The notes under the pieces were generated by a model, which searched no databases, was not told the DNA's origin, and worked only from the letters and a program-made list of their open reading frames with translations. A DNA stretch of 64,000 bases, taken from positions 20,026,001 to 20,090,000 of the forward strand of contig CM114271.1 of the NCBI GenBank assembly GCA_050084515.1. The letters are read 5' to 3'. This document shows positions 26,335 to 39,480 of the stretch, piece after piece. Position 1 is the stretch's first letter; every line of letters begins with the position of its first letter. This stretch comes from Blasia pusilla (taxonomy: Eukaryota). A program made the position numbers and the translations under genes.

Positions 26335-27610
26335 CTAAGTACATCGAGGACGAACCCACCTTCAAGTAGGAATAACATCCATACGTGGAGTCAAACACAT
26401 CATGTGCCAACCCCTAGAACACCGATCACACACCAACATATGGACTGCGTAACCAGCAGACCCACACACGCACCTCAAGCTAGCACGAATCATGGCTAAG
26501 CTTGGGTCAACAGTACCATCCACATTTGGAAGATGACATGGCGCACAATTACGCACATGGTCCTTCCAAAAAATTCCATCACGACCCTCCAACATGAGAA
26601 CTCCATAAGCTAACACCTCGCGCACTCGTAAAATAGTGCGGTCTACCGTCACATCCAACATTGTCGGTGCAATCTGCTGCAAATAGACATAGTCCCCCAC
26701 ATGGAACCTATGAATCGATGGTCGATAACCTCCATCCCGAATGTTTGCATACCGCAACGTATCCCTGTGTTGAGCAATGGCAAGATTCTCAAAGGCCGTT
26801 GGCATAACTCTCTGAAAGAGCTCTGCCCACTGAGAACACACTCTCATCCACATCTCTGGATCATCAAGGTTCACCACCTCACTAGACTCGACGAATTGCT
26901 GCTGGCAAGTCTGGATCTCGGCCGTATAACAGAAAATAAGGTGAGAAGGAAGCCAAGGATGCTTAGCGACTGAACCTATATCCCATGGCTAACCATGGCA
27001 ACTCAATATCCCAGTCTCCAAGATGCCCCTTCTGTAGGCCATACTTGCCCAATGCCCTCTTCACCGTCTGAACCACACGCTCAGCCAAACCATCCGCCTC
27101 TGGATGATCCCGAGACGTGGTCCGATGATCAATCAACGCCTTGTCACACAAGACCTGAAACTCACCCTGAAACTTTGTACCCTTGTCGATCAGCACTTCA
27201 CCTGGTGCACCAAAATGACTAAGCACTCTATCAAGAAACGCATATACCGTTACCTCACTTGCCTTGTCAGGTAATGCCACCAACTCAATCCACTTGGAGA
27301 AGTGCTCCACCATCACCAACACATATCGATGATGTCGTACAATCAACGGTAACGGTCTCGCAAAGTCCACACTCCAACGGTAACCCAACCCTATAATAGG
27401 CAAGGGGTGTAATTGTGGTGTAAGGGCATTGAATGATGCCCTCACCCGGTCACAAACCATACAACGTGACACCAACTGCTGCACCTGAGTATGCATGCCA
27501 CGCCACCAATACTGACCAAGGAGTAAGCTATACGTACGCTTTACCCCAAAATGTCCCAACTCCTCATGGGCGTGTCGCACAATGCGCTCTCGATGAGCCA
27601 AATGCGGCAC
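26335..27610 (-). pseudogene. Integrase (HHCC zinc finger + DDE core) with C-terminal PHD finger, copy 1
   Basis: HAHEELGHFGVKRT...CMVC, WSVDFARPLP, VEHFSKWIE, VLIDKG and DHPEADGLAERVVQTVK, followed by CVCGS...MLVCDRCSRGWHMMCLTP...W...RC. Confidence 0.9.
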
Positions 27611-27613
27611 TAC

Positions 27614-29446
27614 TCATACTCTACCATCCTCCCACACACAGAGAATATGTGTTCCCTCCAATTGATACCTCTTAGCACGTTGAAGAACACGGTCTTGCTC
27701 CTTGGCACTCACTATGCCTGGCACCCTACTGGTCCATAGGAACTCCAACACCAACGCATCATCATGAATATCACGCTGATCCGTACCACCATCTCCAACC
27801 TTAGGATTTGAAGGCTGGCCATCTACCCTCTGACTATAGTAAGATGTCATGTGGTCCTCCATACTAGAGTCCACCCCTAACCAACATAAAAAGGCGGATG
27901 CATGCCCACATGGCACCATCTCATCATCAACCTCGCCATGCCATCTAGCCCCATTTGCATCCTCTTTGCTAGTACATGGGTTCCTACTCAACCCATCAGC
28001 ATCAAGGTTGGCAACTCCAGGTCTATGTACCACCTGGAAGTCATACTCCTGTAAGATAAGATCCCACCGTGCAAGCTTCCCTGTAAGCTTGTCAGACTCC
28101 ATCAACCACTTGAGCGGTCGTGATCAAGTAACAAGGGTAAAGCGTGTGCCAAACAAGTAACACCTAAAGTGTGCTATAGCCCACCTCTTGCCAAGCACTC
28201 TCCCTCATATGAACTATAGCGACTCATTTGCATTATTCGAACGACTTGCATAGGCCACCACAAACTCCATGTGCTCATCATCATGTTGTGTCAACACCGC
28301 TCCAAGTCCCAACCTACTCCAATCAGTGTGTAACTGAAATGGACGCCCTTTGATAGGTCTCCTCAAGATAGGTGCCGTCACCAACAGGGCCTTGAGCTCC
28401 ACAAAAGCTCTCTCTTGATCATCTCCCCAGTGCCACTCCTGATCTGATTTCAAAAATTGGTTCAAAGGCTTTGCCCTAGCACTAAATCCCTTCACGTACC
28501 TCCAATAGTAGTTCGCCAATCCCATGAATGCCCGAACTCTACTCACATCTACCGGACGAGGAATAAGTGCAATAGCCTCCACCTTTGCTTGCTGAACTCC
28601 CAAACCACCTGGATAGATCACATGACCCAAGTACTCAACATCCTCATGGAAGAACTTACACTTTCCTGGATGCAAACGTAGACCATGAGCTTTCAACCGC
28701 TCAAACACAATCTGAAAATGTATTTGATGCTCCTCCACCGTATTACTGAACACCAAGATATCGTCAATGTAACACCGAAAAAAATCCAACTCTGCTAGGA
28801 TCCTGTCCATCACTCTCTGAAACTCGGCAAATGCATTCTTCAACCCAAAGGGTAAGAATTTCCACTGGTACAAACAATCCTTGCCATGAGAGTTGACACC
28901 CCAAAATGTTGTCTTGGCCTTGTCACTCTCTCGAATTGGCAACTGATGGTATTCTGCCTGAAGATCCAAAGTACTGAAAATCTTTTCCTGTCCCACCACA
29001 TCAAAGATATTCTCACGTGTAGGCATGGCATACCTATCGGCCTTGGTCTACCGATTGATAGGACGGTAATCTCCACACATCTGCCTATCCGTGTAGTTGC
29101 CATGCACATCCTTTTTAGCAAGCATGACAGTGGCTGATGCATACTCTCCATGTGACAACTCCACTAATCCAGCTTCCAAAAGGTCCAACGTCCTACTCTG
29201 AATCAGGTCCCTCTCCATATCACTATATTGGTAGGGACGACGGAAGATTGGAGAATCACTAGCCAAATCAATCCGTATACCGGATCCAACCAAAGCACCC
29301 AACTCCTTCATGCTAAAGGCAAAATAACTCCTATAAGCACGTAGGAATTGAGTCAAGGGTCGTTTCTTACCTCCCCTAAGCTTGGGCCCAAGTAATAGCT
29401 CCCAAGTCTCCTTCACTGGCACACTAGAAGGAGAGGACGACGCCAT
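27614..29446 (-). pseudogene. Reverse transcriptase and RNase H, copy 1 (frameshifted)
   Basis: MCGDYRPINR, FSTLDL, LPFGLKNA, YIDDILVFS, VEYLGH, FQLHTDWS, VVAYASRS, GKLARW and NLDADGLSR. Confidence 0.93.
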
Positions 29447-29710
29447 TGGCTGCTAGGCAACCCCCTCACAAGATGGTACACCCTTAGCTACATCATCATC
29501 TGAGCAAATAACTCCTCCACCAACATGAGCAACCAACTCCACATGCCCAGCCATTAGATCCCATTTACTCCAAGGATGCAAAATACTATTCTCCTCGCCC
29601 CCAGCCAATGTCTCTACCGTCCCGGTAGCCATCGAGCTCATCACAAGGGGTGGAAGACCCATAGACATAGTCCAAAGTCAACGTTGCTCGGCCATCTCAA
29701 GACTCAAAAT

Positions 29711-30921
29711 TCAGGTCAAACAATTCAAGTCCATGGCCTGACCCAACACATGACATGGTGAAGCCTCATAAATGGAAGCAACCGCTGTCACACCAGTAGC
29801 AAATCCCATCGCACGCTCTCTCTCATCAGCGTTAGGCTCAACCAACTGTCGCACATAAGAATCCCATACAAGCCCGGGATCACCTTCCCTGTAGGCTTGT
29901 GACGAGGGAAAACTCACAAATGTGGGTAGTGCCATCCTAAGCTGTCCCACACGGTTCACCACTGCCATGGATGACCGATCAATAACCCTCACCACCTGAG
30001 AAAGTCGCCCAATATCCAAGATACTATCCACTGTAAGGTAAGGATCCCGCTACAGTGCATCATATGCTCGACGTAGAACCTCCCTAGGCAATAAGTTTGT
30101 CCATCACAAGCATGGACGATGTGCACGCGAGCCAACTCGCACAGCATCCAACAACACCGTTGGTCCAATCCAAGACCGCATCTCATGAACAATCACCATC
30201 ATCAGGGTCCGAGTGTCACCCAACAATGGAACATTCTCCAGAATGTAAGCTAGAGCACGTGCCTGATGAACCTGAAGATATCGTAATGCCCGTAACATCT
30301 CCCACCTGTAGAACCTCCCTAGGCAATAAGTTTTTCCATCACAAGCATGGACGATGTGCACGCGAGCCAACTCGTACAGCATCCAACAACACCGTTGGTC
30401 CAATCCAAGACCGCATCTCATGAACACTCACCATCATCAGGGTCCGAGTGTCACCCAACAATGGAACATTCTCTAGAATGTAAGCTATAGCACGTGCCTG
30501 ATAAACCTGAAGATATCGTAACACTCGCAACATCTCCCAAAACAATCGAGACCTAGGGTCGTGTAATCCCTCACCACGACCAGCACGTGTATGACCCTGA
30601 CATGGCCATCCAGCAATCACCAAATCCTCAGGACCAACCCTCTCAAGGTCCGCCCCCCAACAATGCAATGTGTGACGGCAAAGCACGCTGGTACCCACGA
30701 ATAGCTGATGGCGGCAACAACTTAGGATATCTCCGCATCAACTGACCAATATGTCGGGATGAGACTCTCTGGGTTGTCTCATCTCGCTCCATATACACGT
30801 ATCTCCGCATAGGAATACCGGCCTGCAACACTGCAGCCAAACTAGTGCTAATCCCACCAAAGAGATCTAACACACAAATGCCCTCCGGCGGATACTTCCA
30901 TACAATGGGTGTAGTATCCAA
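29711..30921 (-). pseudogene. C5 cytosine DNA methyltransferase domain within pol, copy 1
   Basis: Motifs in canonical order: I VLDLFGGI, II YMERDE, IV DLVIAGWPCQG, V GLHDPRSRLFWE, VI YILENV, VIII LDAVRVGSRAHRP, IX ERERAMGF, X VLGQAMD. Confidence 0.9.
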
Positions 30922-31259
30922 AGGGGATAACCCAACTGGACTAGAAGTAGGAGTCCATCGTGGGGCCTCCTCTTCCTTGTGAGGTATAACAGCCTCACAC
31001 CAAGCCTCCTACACTAGGCGATCAGCCTCCTGCCGTAGTGCACCGCCTGAACTCCAAAGTGGCACATCCAACAATGAGAATGCCACTGTTGCAAAACTAG
31101 GGACCTCCTCTACCTCCTCATGTACAAGAGAATCCATAGTAGAAAGATTACCCTCCAAAAAGTCTCATGGCCAAGTGACTACTCCACTAAAACCAGCCAC
31201 AAATGCTAACACCGTTGGGGAAGACCCTCCTGGTCGAGCCCCATAAATAAATCTCACAG

Positions 31260-33771
31260 GAACCTAGCTCATACGTCCATCCCCCGACTGCCAACCAGGT
31301 CTATAAGATGTTGTCTCAGTCCAGTAGTCCATCTGAAAACCCATCGGGTACAATACTGCTCCTCCAACTAGTACATCATACGACTTGGCTGATGTGACCA
31401 CTATAGGTACTCCCAACCAAGAGCTATCGGTTGCATGATCTGATCTCAACTATACAGACAACTTCTCCCGTGTCATGAATTGAGACCTATCATTGGCTCC
31501 TCCAAGTGATGTTTGAATCTGGAATGGGCAAGGCTCAAGCTCTGACCTCCAAATACCCAAACCAATACATGTCGCCTTTCACAACATCAAAGGTTGGGCA
31601 CCAGAGTCTAACAAGACTTTATCTGGTCTATACACTTGTCTTGTAGGACTCACCAATCGAAATATCCCACTCCGGTTGTCCAACATACATACACTTGGTG
31701 TAAGCCTCTCACAATCAATGGCTGGCCGGGCTGGTAATGCATCCATCTTCGCCGCTGCAGCTTACCAAGTAGCCCTCGTTCTCAATGCTACACCTGACAT
31801 AGAGGGTCGCTCCACCACAACATCTTCATCCACCTCAGCACGTGTAGCAGTAACACCCCCACGTTCACACAACGTGGCTGCTAGCTGAAATACAAGAGCT
31901 AAGTCAACTCCTAAAGCCATCAGCTCTGTGGCCGAAAACAATGGGGATCCCAACATTGAAGTTGCCATCCGCAATATTGCACTAGATGTTGCATCCGTGT
32001 CTACTACACGCAATGTAGATGCCTCAATCCCCAGTGTAGGCTCAATAGGCTGCATAGGAACCATGGATAGATTCCTAAGCATCTCAGACAACAAGAATGA
32101 CTGGGGAAGCCTAGCCTGCCTCCCAGCCTCACCCCACTGTGGATCCAACTCCACAGTAGCACCAAGTGGCTCTGACGCTCGAGTGGCTCCTCTCGTAATT
32201 GCAGCTGATGCCTCAACGTGTGTTGCACTCGCCATATAAGAGAAATCATCCTCTCAATAAGAGGTGGAAGCCCCTGCTGCCAAACTTGCTCTATGCTGGA
32301 TACCAGCCATAGTAGCCAACTCGCCTCCAATCGCTCAATCCTCGGCAGACCATATAGCGATCGTGTCGTAGTGGTAGGGGTAGCCACCGTAGGCTCTCCA
32401 ACCACTGATCTACCTCTATCACCCCTACCACGTCTACCACCTAGGTGTCTCGGAGCTACTCCACCACGGCCGCGGACTGATCTCAACTCTGGATGAAGAT
32501 CAAAGCAACGCTCTCAAGGATGACGTGATCTCCCGCAATGATCACACTGAGTTGGGGCCGACTAAGGCCCATCCTCCAAAGTCCGTCTCCCATCCTCTTG
32601 GGGAAAAAACCTCCTAACATGATCATCTCCACATGTCTAACATGATTGTGCTTGCTGCGGGGCAGCAAATGAAGGCAATGGTCTCTACGCAAGTGTCCCT
32701 CTAGGACCTGACTGAGGTTGTATGTACCCCCCATGACTCCCACTACTACTACCACCACCACTACTACGAGACTGTGAGGTGGACTGCTAAACACGAGAAG
32801 AAGTAGTTGTATCCCTATTGAATGCGGATGTCACCACTCTCTCCTCCACCATGTTAAGCTCAATCTTCTCAGATAGAGCAAACACATGGGTCAATGTGGA
32901 TGAATCATCACTCATAAGATTAGCATCACGTACCCTGCGGCGCAACTCTCTGTCCAAGATCCCATACCAAAACAATATTTTCTGGTATCTGAAACATATT
33001 GAAGCGTCATATGCGACGCTTGATTTCAGTCACACCCTAGGTAACTGAAATCAAGCGTCGCATACGAGTGTATGCCTCATGAAGACTCTCACCAGTCCTT
33101 CGCTCAAATTCTTGAAGACTCCTCAACTTCTCTGTCTTCACTCCCTGATAGTTCTTCTTCAACCTCTTGAAGAACTTTGCAATCAGGATGAACAATGGTG
33201 GGGCACTAGTACCTCCATTGGTACCCCCACTCCGGCTCGTACTCGTACCACTCAACGTCAGGTTGGTTGGCATAGTAGGAGCACTACTACCAATACCACC
33301 ATGGGTGATAGACACATAGCCTGGAGACCAATATTGTCTCCACGCCTCAATCTCAACAATATGGTACTTCCTAAACTTATGGTAATCATCCATGGGTGGT
33401 CCCTCCAAGTGCTGAAACAACCCCTTCCAAGCCAAGAAGGGTGTAAACAACGTGGCGTTCCGCAACATCTGCATATCACACCACGTGTCAAACTCCTGAA
33501 GGAAGTCCTCCAACTCAATGGTGCCCACTGCACCCGAGTATCATCGTGGGCCCTTCATGGCCCCATATATCCCGTCCATGTCCCAAATCAATGGAACTGT
33601 AACACTCGATAACAACGTAGAAGTCTCGGTGTTTAGAACACCATCGTCCTCCTCTTCATCAACCGTCGAAAGTGGAAAAGGTAGTCGATACCTCAATCCA
33701 CTCCATGTAAAACCACCACTGTCTGCACCACGGTCCCCAACCAGACCATCAGACAGCTCCATGATGACCAA
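31260..33771 (-). pseudogene. Gag (CCHC knuckle) and aspartic protease, copy 1
   Basis: Gag fragments ELEDFLQEFDTWCD and RRTGESLHEAYTRM. Knuckle CDHCGRSRHP*ERC at about 32500-32548. Protease VLLDSGAQPLML at about 31582-31620, and YDVLVG. Confidence 0.85.
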
Positions 33772-33994
33772 CGCATATGCCGCACCAGCACCAAATCACC
33801 ACCACCAGGTAAACAAATGACGTCGATGTCGGTGTACTATTCTAGCTCTACTAGCTATGGGTGTAGGCAACCTAACATGTCATCACCACAAGAAGCCTCC
33901 CACGGTCTACTGGTCATCACTCCAGCCTCACTACCGGTAGCACACACGCTCTGCCCTCGTTGGACCTAGCCTGCGCCGTATGTCCTAAGATTAT

Positions 33995-34704
33995 CGTAGA
34001 AGCTTTTTATTTGGATGATTCTATTTTTTGGGTATTCCATAAATTAGACTAAAAAGCAAACAAGGAACCTATTATGCCACATATCCTTTCGAGATTAACT
34101 CAATTTAGCATTTATTTTGTACTTCCTTTTATAGGTGCTACTTTTCTTCATCATGTTACTATTGGGCAAATAGCCTCAATTGGTTTTTTCTTTTGTTATT
34201 ACGCCCATGCTTGTCAAAAAATTAGAAACCAGATTAAGGAATTTTCGGGATTCTTTATTAATTTTAATTGGGTAAAGGCTACTGCTGAGTTTTCCATATG
34301 CAATCCTACTTGGATTTTCCCAATTATTTGGTGTTTGATTAGTGGGGCCTTGTTGTTATTTTTTCATTTTATTATTATCAAATTCATGGGAGACTTTTCA
34401 TATTTAGAATCTTTCTGTGGTGTGCTTTGTTTTTTCTTCTTTTGTACGTTGTTTTTATCATTTCATCATAGGCGCGATAGGTTAGCGAGGCAAAAAATTT
34501 CTTTTTTTGTTTTTTCACAAGCAGAGAAGACGCGAGCTTATTATATCGTCATTGAGAAGAAATAACTTGAATTGGAGTAGATTTTTTCTTGTTTGCGCCT
34601 TACCGAGTAGACTGATGACTGTTGGTCACGACTTTCGAAAAGCCTTTATCCCTTTGTCTTTTTTTCATGGCCAGATTCATGGTCAAATCAAAAATTGTTT
34701 TTGA
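33995..34704 (+). pseudogene. ccmFC: ccmFC-like fragment (mitochondrial cytochrome c maturation), probable NUMT nested in copy 1
   Basis: GDFSYLESFCGVL...F...RRDR and ALPSRLMTVGHDF recall plant mitochondrial CcmFC. The segment is T-rich and frameshifted, with composition distinct from the flanking element. The foreign segment may extend to about 35750. Confidence 0.72.
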
Positions 34705-37125
34705 TTTGACCAACCCCCGTAAGATACATAGGCCCGTCCAAGGATTTCAATGGTTTTTTTTGGTTTCAAATCCTTATAATGGGTTTTTTAGTCGAACGTC
34801 GGGGACGGATTGTAGTCCCGGGATATTTTAATAGAAGAAACCGTTTAGGAATACTTAGTATTGACTATAATACACGCATACGTATATTAATAAGTGTAGA
34901 TGAAATCACTCCAATTTGTTCGGTAGTCAGTATATTTCCATTGGCCGGCTGGTGGGAACGCACTACTTGACAATATGCTCTCGTGTTCTGACGAGTTTCC
35001 CCTGAATATGAGGTATCACAACACTTATTTGCTCACAATCGTTATGTGGGTACGCTCAAGCGTTGGGTATGTGGAGCTGAAAGATCATTCACAAAATAGC
35101 TTTAGGTTTATACCTAAACGAAACACGGGGCAATGCGCAGTTGGAGCAGCTTGAAAATCTAAAAATCCTTTTGTTGATACGATTGTGGAAGGAACCAATG
35201 CAGGTTTAACTCGAGACTCTGGCGGAGGCCTTTCCGTCACTGCTTGGTGTAGACTCTATATTCTCACCGGATAACGGGCATAATATTTACCACCCTCCCT
35301 TTGGCACTCTCCACCAGGCCCAGAGGAGGGAAATTCCTGAACTCACAGCCCAGGTCGAGGTCCAGGCCTCCTATTTTATGGATATTATAGTTGGGTTATA
35401 TCCATGTAAACATCGTTCCGTGATTTTGTGAAAATCGATGTTTCCGCGTAGAATAAGCGGTGGTGGGGCGAAGACTACGGCGCCCGGCCTTCGAGGGAGA
35501 GGTGCTACGCACTTTGTGGCCCCAGAGGACACGAGACTATAGGGAGAGGTGCTACGCAGTTTTGAAAGTCTTAATAGAATCAGGGATACCTGGCGAATAT
35601 TCTATGCTCACTGGGTTTCCCACCCCTTTGTGGAACTAATCATGCCTTTATGCCTATTGTCGTAGAGGTTGTTTCTCGTGTGGAAGGGCTCTCACTCAAC
35701 GGATCAAAGGTACGCCCTGCCTCAGAATACCTTTTAGTAAACTCTGGCAACTCCTTGAACTTATTAATGGAAATGCCTAGGCCTTTCCTCTCAGCTTCAA
35801 GAATACATGAGTAAAACTACTCTGGAAATCAACGTCAACCCTAACAATGGGCGCTCAAGCAAGAAGCAACGATGGAGGGGATCCAAACACAAGAAGTCCA
35901 ACGACAACCCTCCAATCGCAAATGGAAACAAGGTAACACAATCCACCAAATGTGGCGCCCCCTGAATCCACAGAACCCACCACACAATTCTAACGCAATA
36001 GCTACTCCGCCGCGGGTCGATGACGTGCTAGTCGCACTCGCAATACGTGAAAATATCACCTACATGAACAGGCTACACCGTACTATGCGCTAGAGGTCCA
36101 TCAACCGAAAACCCGAGATGCATAAAGCGCCTAACACATCTCCGAACAACACCAAATGAGCTGCACAGTGTGTACACTGGCATAGTTAAGAACTCAGCAG
36201 TTAAGTGTCTTCCAGGCAAAATAGCCCAAAGACGGGTGACCACTTATGCAGCACTCGACTCACAAATCCTGCAAAAAATCCCTCACGCCCAAGCAACCAA
36301 GCTTGCTCCTTACTCTTTACTCTGCCTCTCACGCCCATTCGTCCAGAGCTACCACAAGTTGCCTTGAAGCCTCAAAACGCCGAGAAATACCATGCTTCAC
36401 CATGATTTGCTATGGAGAGAGGTCCATCCAGGGCGCTCCCAACGGGATAGGCGTATTCAACAACGGACGAATCACCAACCAACCAGCCCCTCCGATGTGC
36501 TGTCCACCATAGCCAGACCTTGAGCTAGTCCACAAAATTTTGATCAGCAATTACTCCACAAATCCTCAACTAAAATTGAATTTGTTTCAACCAGAATTCA
36601 ATTGGCCACCATACCTATCTCTCCACAAAAAATCAGCTACAACCGAGCTCTGTACTCTGAGCTAAAAATCAGACAAACTTGCTATCCATACACCTCTAGA
36701 ATTGTAAATCCGACATCGCTTCCGCCTAGATTCATGCATTCAGAAATCCGCAACGCTCCACACACTCAAGCAGATAGCTTCATATGAGATCAAAATACAG
36801 GCAGCAAAAGGAACCTCTCACCCGATCTGGATGAACTTCAATAGAGCTTCCGCACTCCAAGCTCTCCACATCATAAAACCGTCGAACACGAACCATGATC
36901 TTCAATCCTTAATAACTTCCAACTCCCTTGACAAAATCCGGCAATCTAAAGCGCGTTGGAAAGCTCTTAGCAAGGCGCTTCTTTTCCAAGCAACCTTGCA
37001 CCATATTCCCACCTCCAACATATGCCACAAGCCACAAACATCCACGGCTGAGTACACAATCTGCCCTAACCAGATCCTACAGATCCACGATCGAAGCTAC
37101 CATCGATCTACTCTAGTTCTTTGAG

Positions 37126-37492
37126 TGAAATCCGCGAAAGACCTATTTTCATAAAACACATATAGAATCACATACAATCGAGCCAAACCCACTCCACAAT
37201 GGGAGAATCCATGTCGAAGCTTGCGGGAACCACTATAGTCAAGAGCTCTACTCACTACCAAGGCTAACTCCCAACGCATCAGGCTCAACTCAAAGAACTA
37301 ATTTTTCTTTGAGTACACTCCATACTATATCCTCCAACCTAAGAGCGGGCCCTACTGGAAAAGTCACCCTCAACTGAGTAACCCCAACCCTATGTATGAA
37401 ACCGCATCTCTACCTATACACTACGGCCCTACATAAGGTATGGCCTCTACTACCACACTATACTCTATGACATAATCCGTATGGTCATGACA
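37126..37492 (-). repeat. Terminal repeat A1 (5' end) of copy 1
   Basis: Near-identical to 25703-26070. Confidence 0.93.
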
Positions 37493-38379
37493 CAATCCAC
37501 AAAATATTATTCATAATGGAGATCTCAATGGAAAGGCGGAATGAGCGTTTTTCAACTACATCCAAATTTGAAGAGATATAATCATACAGATGGTTGGGTA
37601 TTGCATCCACATGATGGTCCATGTTCATAGTATCTTGAATGTATCCCCGGTTTGAATAGTCATCATGATGAATACGACGGAAGTAGGAATCCTAGTTGTC
37701 TCCAAAATTTGGCCTAGATGAGGTAGATCGAATCCATAATTGCATGTCACATAGGAAAATACAAATAAACTACAAGCAATTTGTCACTGTGACTATCCAT
37801 ATTGAAATAACATAATAGGGCCACGCAAGATGCAACAAATGCTAACATTATATATAAGGAATCAAGTGATTGTGATATACGAAATATATTATATTGCATA
37901 GTAATATCAAATATCATTTGCATAACACAATAAATGAAGTCCATAATATTGATTACATGACACTTAAAGACATAATGAATTTAGTTACAATAAGCATAAT
38001 AAGATTCAATAATGAAATGTGAATTGTAGAGAAACCCAATTATAAGGAAGTAGAAATGCTCAAATGCATAAAATCACTCAATGAAAAACTTCAAAACTTA
38101 TGATGTTTCCAAATAGAAGTGCATAGGATGCAATGCAAAAAAATAGAACATGCGTAATTGATGATATGAATATCATATGTTAACAAAGTGATTCATAAAC
38201 TATTTATGAGAAAGTGAACATACAACTAATTGCAGCAAAAGAGGTTGTCTAGTCCACATACCAACACAATACCGTGCAAATTCTAATTCATAATGGAGTC
38301 AACAAAAGATATTCATGATTGAATTCTTATGAGCAAATAAGGGATAAGTGAGAAGCATGAATAGGGGAATGATGTAAAA

Positions 38380-39480
38380 AACATGCAATTGAGTACCAAA
38401 TGCACTATATGCATTTTCTCGTACACCAAACAATGACCAATGTACATTTGTAAATCCTTGATTCATATGTGTTTTCATTGCATACCCTAACATAAGTGGA
38501 AACGATTTCTTCATATACTTTTGATTGGAATCATACTTGAGAATAGAGAAATTGGTTCTACTTATTATGATGGACTTTGATCAGACTCATGTACACCAAC
38601 AATATGAACTAGTTTACTCTCCTCGTCTATAAGATCAAAAAAATTGCCAAGGATCGATTGGCTGTCTAGCATTTTAAGATTCACATTAGAAGTAATCGTA
38701 ACTCCGTAATGGGAATCTACAAATGGTAGTTGGTGGAAAGAATCATCATTTATCCATCATTGATTTCAAGCTTTTTGGGATGCATTTGAAACTACATCAA
38801 CCTTGACAACTGAAATATCTCCAAAAAGCCTCCTATATGATAGGAGCTTGAGTAGTACAACATTTTTACAGCGGATGCAAATGATCGTGGTATATATATA
38901 AGTTGGTAAATTCTATAGCCTCATCTTCTTACATTAAGTAAGTACCTAGGCATTCATTAATATGACTTTGGCTAGGAATTTTGGATCTTGTATATATTAG
39001 GAATTGATGATATGAAAGATCATCTAAATGATAGATAAGTAACTAACTCATAAGAAAGCACCTTCTCTATAAATGTAGATGAACTAATATGGCAACTACG
39101 GCAAAATTTTGGACTCCTATGGTTACAAATATGTGGAAATTGACAAAGGTCCCTTGCCAGAATGACCAGTTTGCCGCCAAATAGATTATGGATAGTATAT
39201 TTTGTAACTTCACTTATATGCATTACCATTGTGTGTCATAGTTTTGTAGTCAACATGGAGCATTCATCAGCTATAATTATTCGAGCAGCTCTAAGTATGA
39301 TGTAGGAGTCAAAAGCTCCATGCATAAATGGCAAGTCACCACAAATAGATATTCCAAAAGTTAATTGGACTGTAGTTGCATCTTAGTGACAACACATAAC
39401 GACAATAGTTGTGGTGACAATTAGTAGTGATGACATGTCTAGTCATGTAACATGTCTTGTAGCCCTTTCAAGATGTTTAT
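38380..39480 (-). pseudogene. Pif1-family helicase remnant, probably from a Helitron
   Basis: IIIADECSML (Walker B-like), FGGKLVILARDLCQFP (motif III-like) and FPLMLGYAMKTHMNQG (motif V-like). Many stops. Confidence 0.72.

Larger units (their letters stand above)
25594..37492 (-). mobile_element. Ty3/Gypsy-type retrotransposon, copy 1 (degenerate), carrying C5-DNA methyltransferase and PHD domains, with split direct repeats
   Basis: Domain order PR-RT-RH-INT. Terminal repeat A at 37126-37492 and 25703-26070. Repeat B at 26071-26162 and ~25594-25702. PPT-like AGGGGGG at 26165-26171 (-). Confidence 0.92.

Noticed and set aside
25594-37492. Classifying the elements as DIRS/Ngaro because of their split repeats
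   Set aside because: They encode an aspartic protease and an HHCC-DDE integrase in Ty3/Gypsy order, and I found no tyrosine recombinase motifs.
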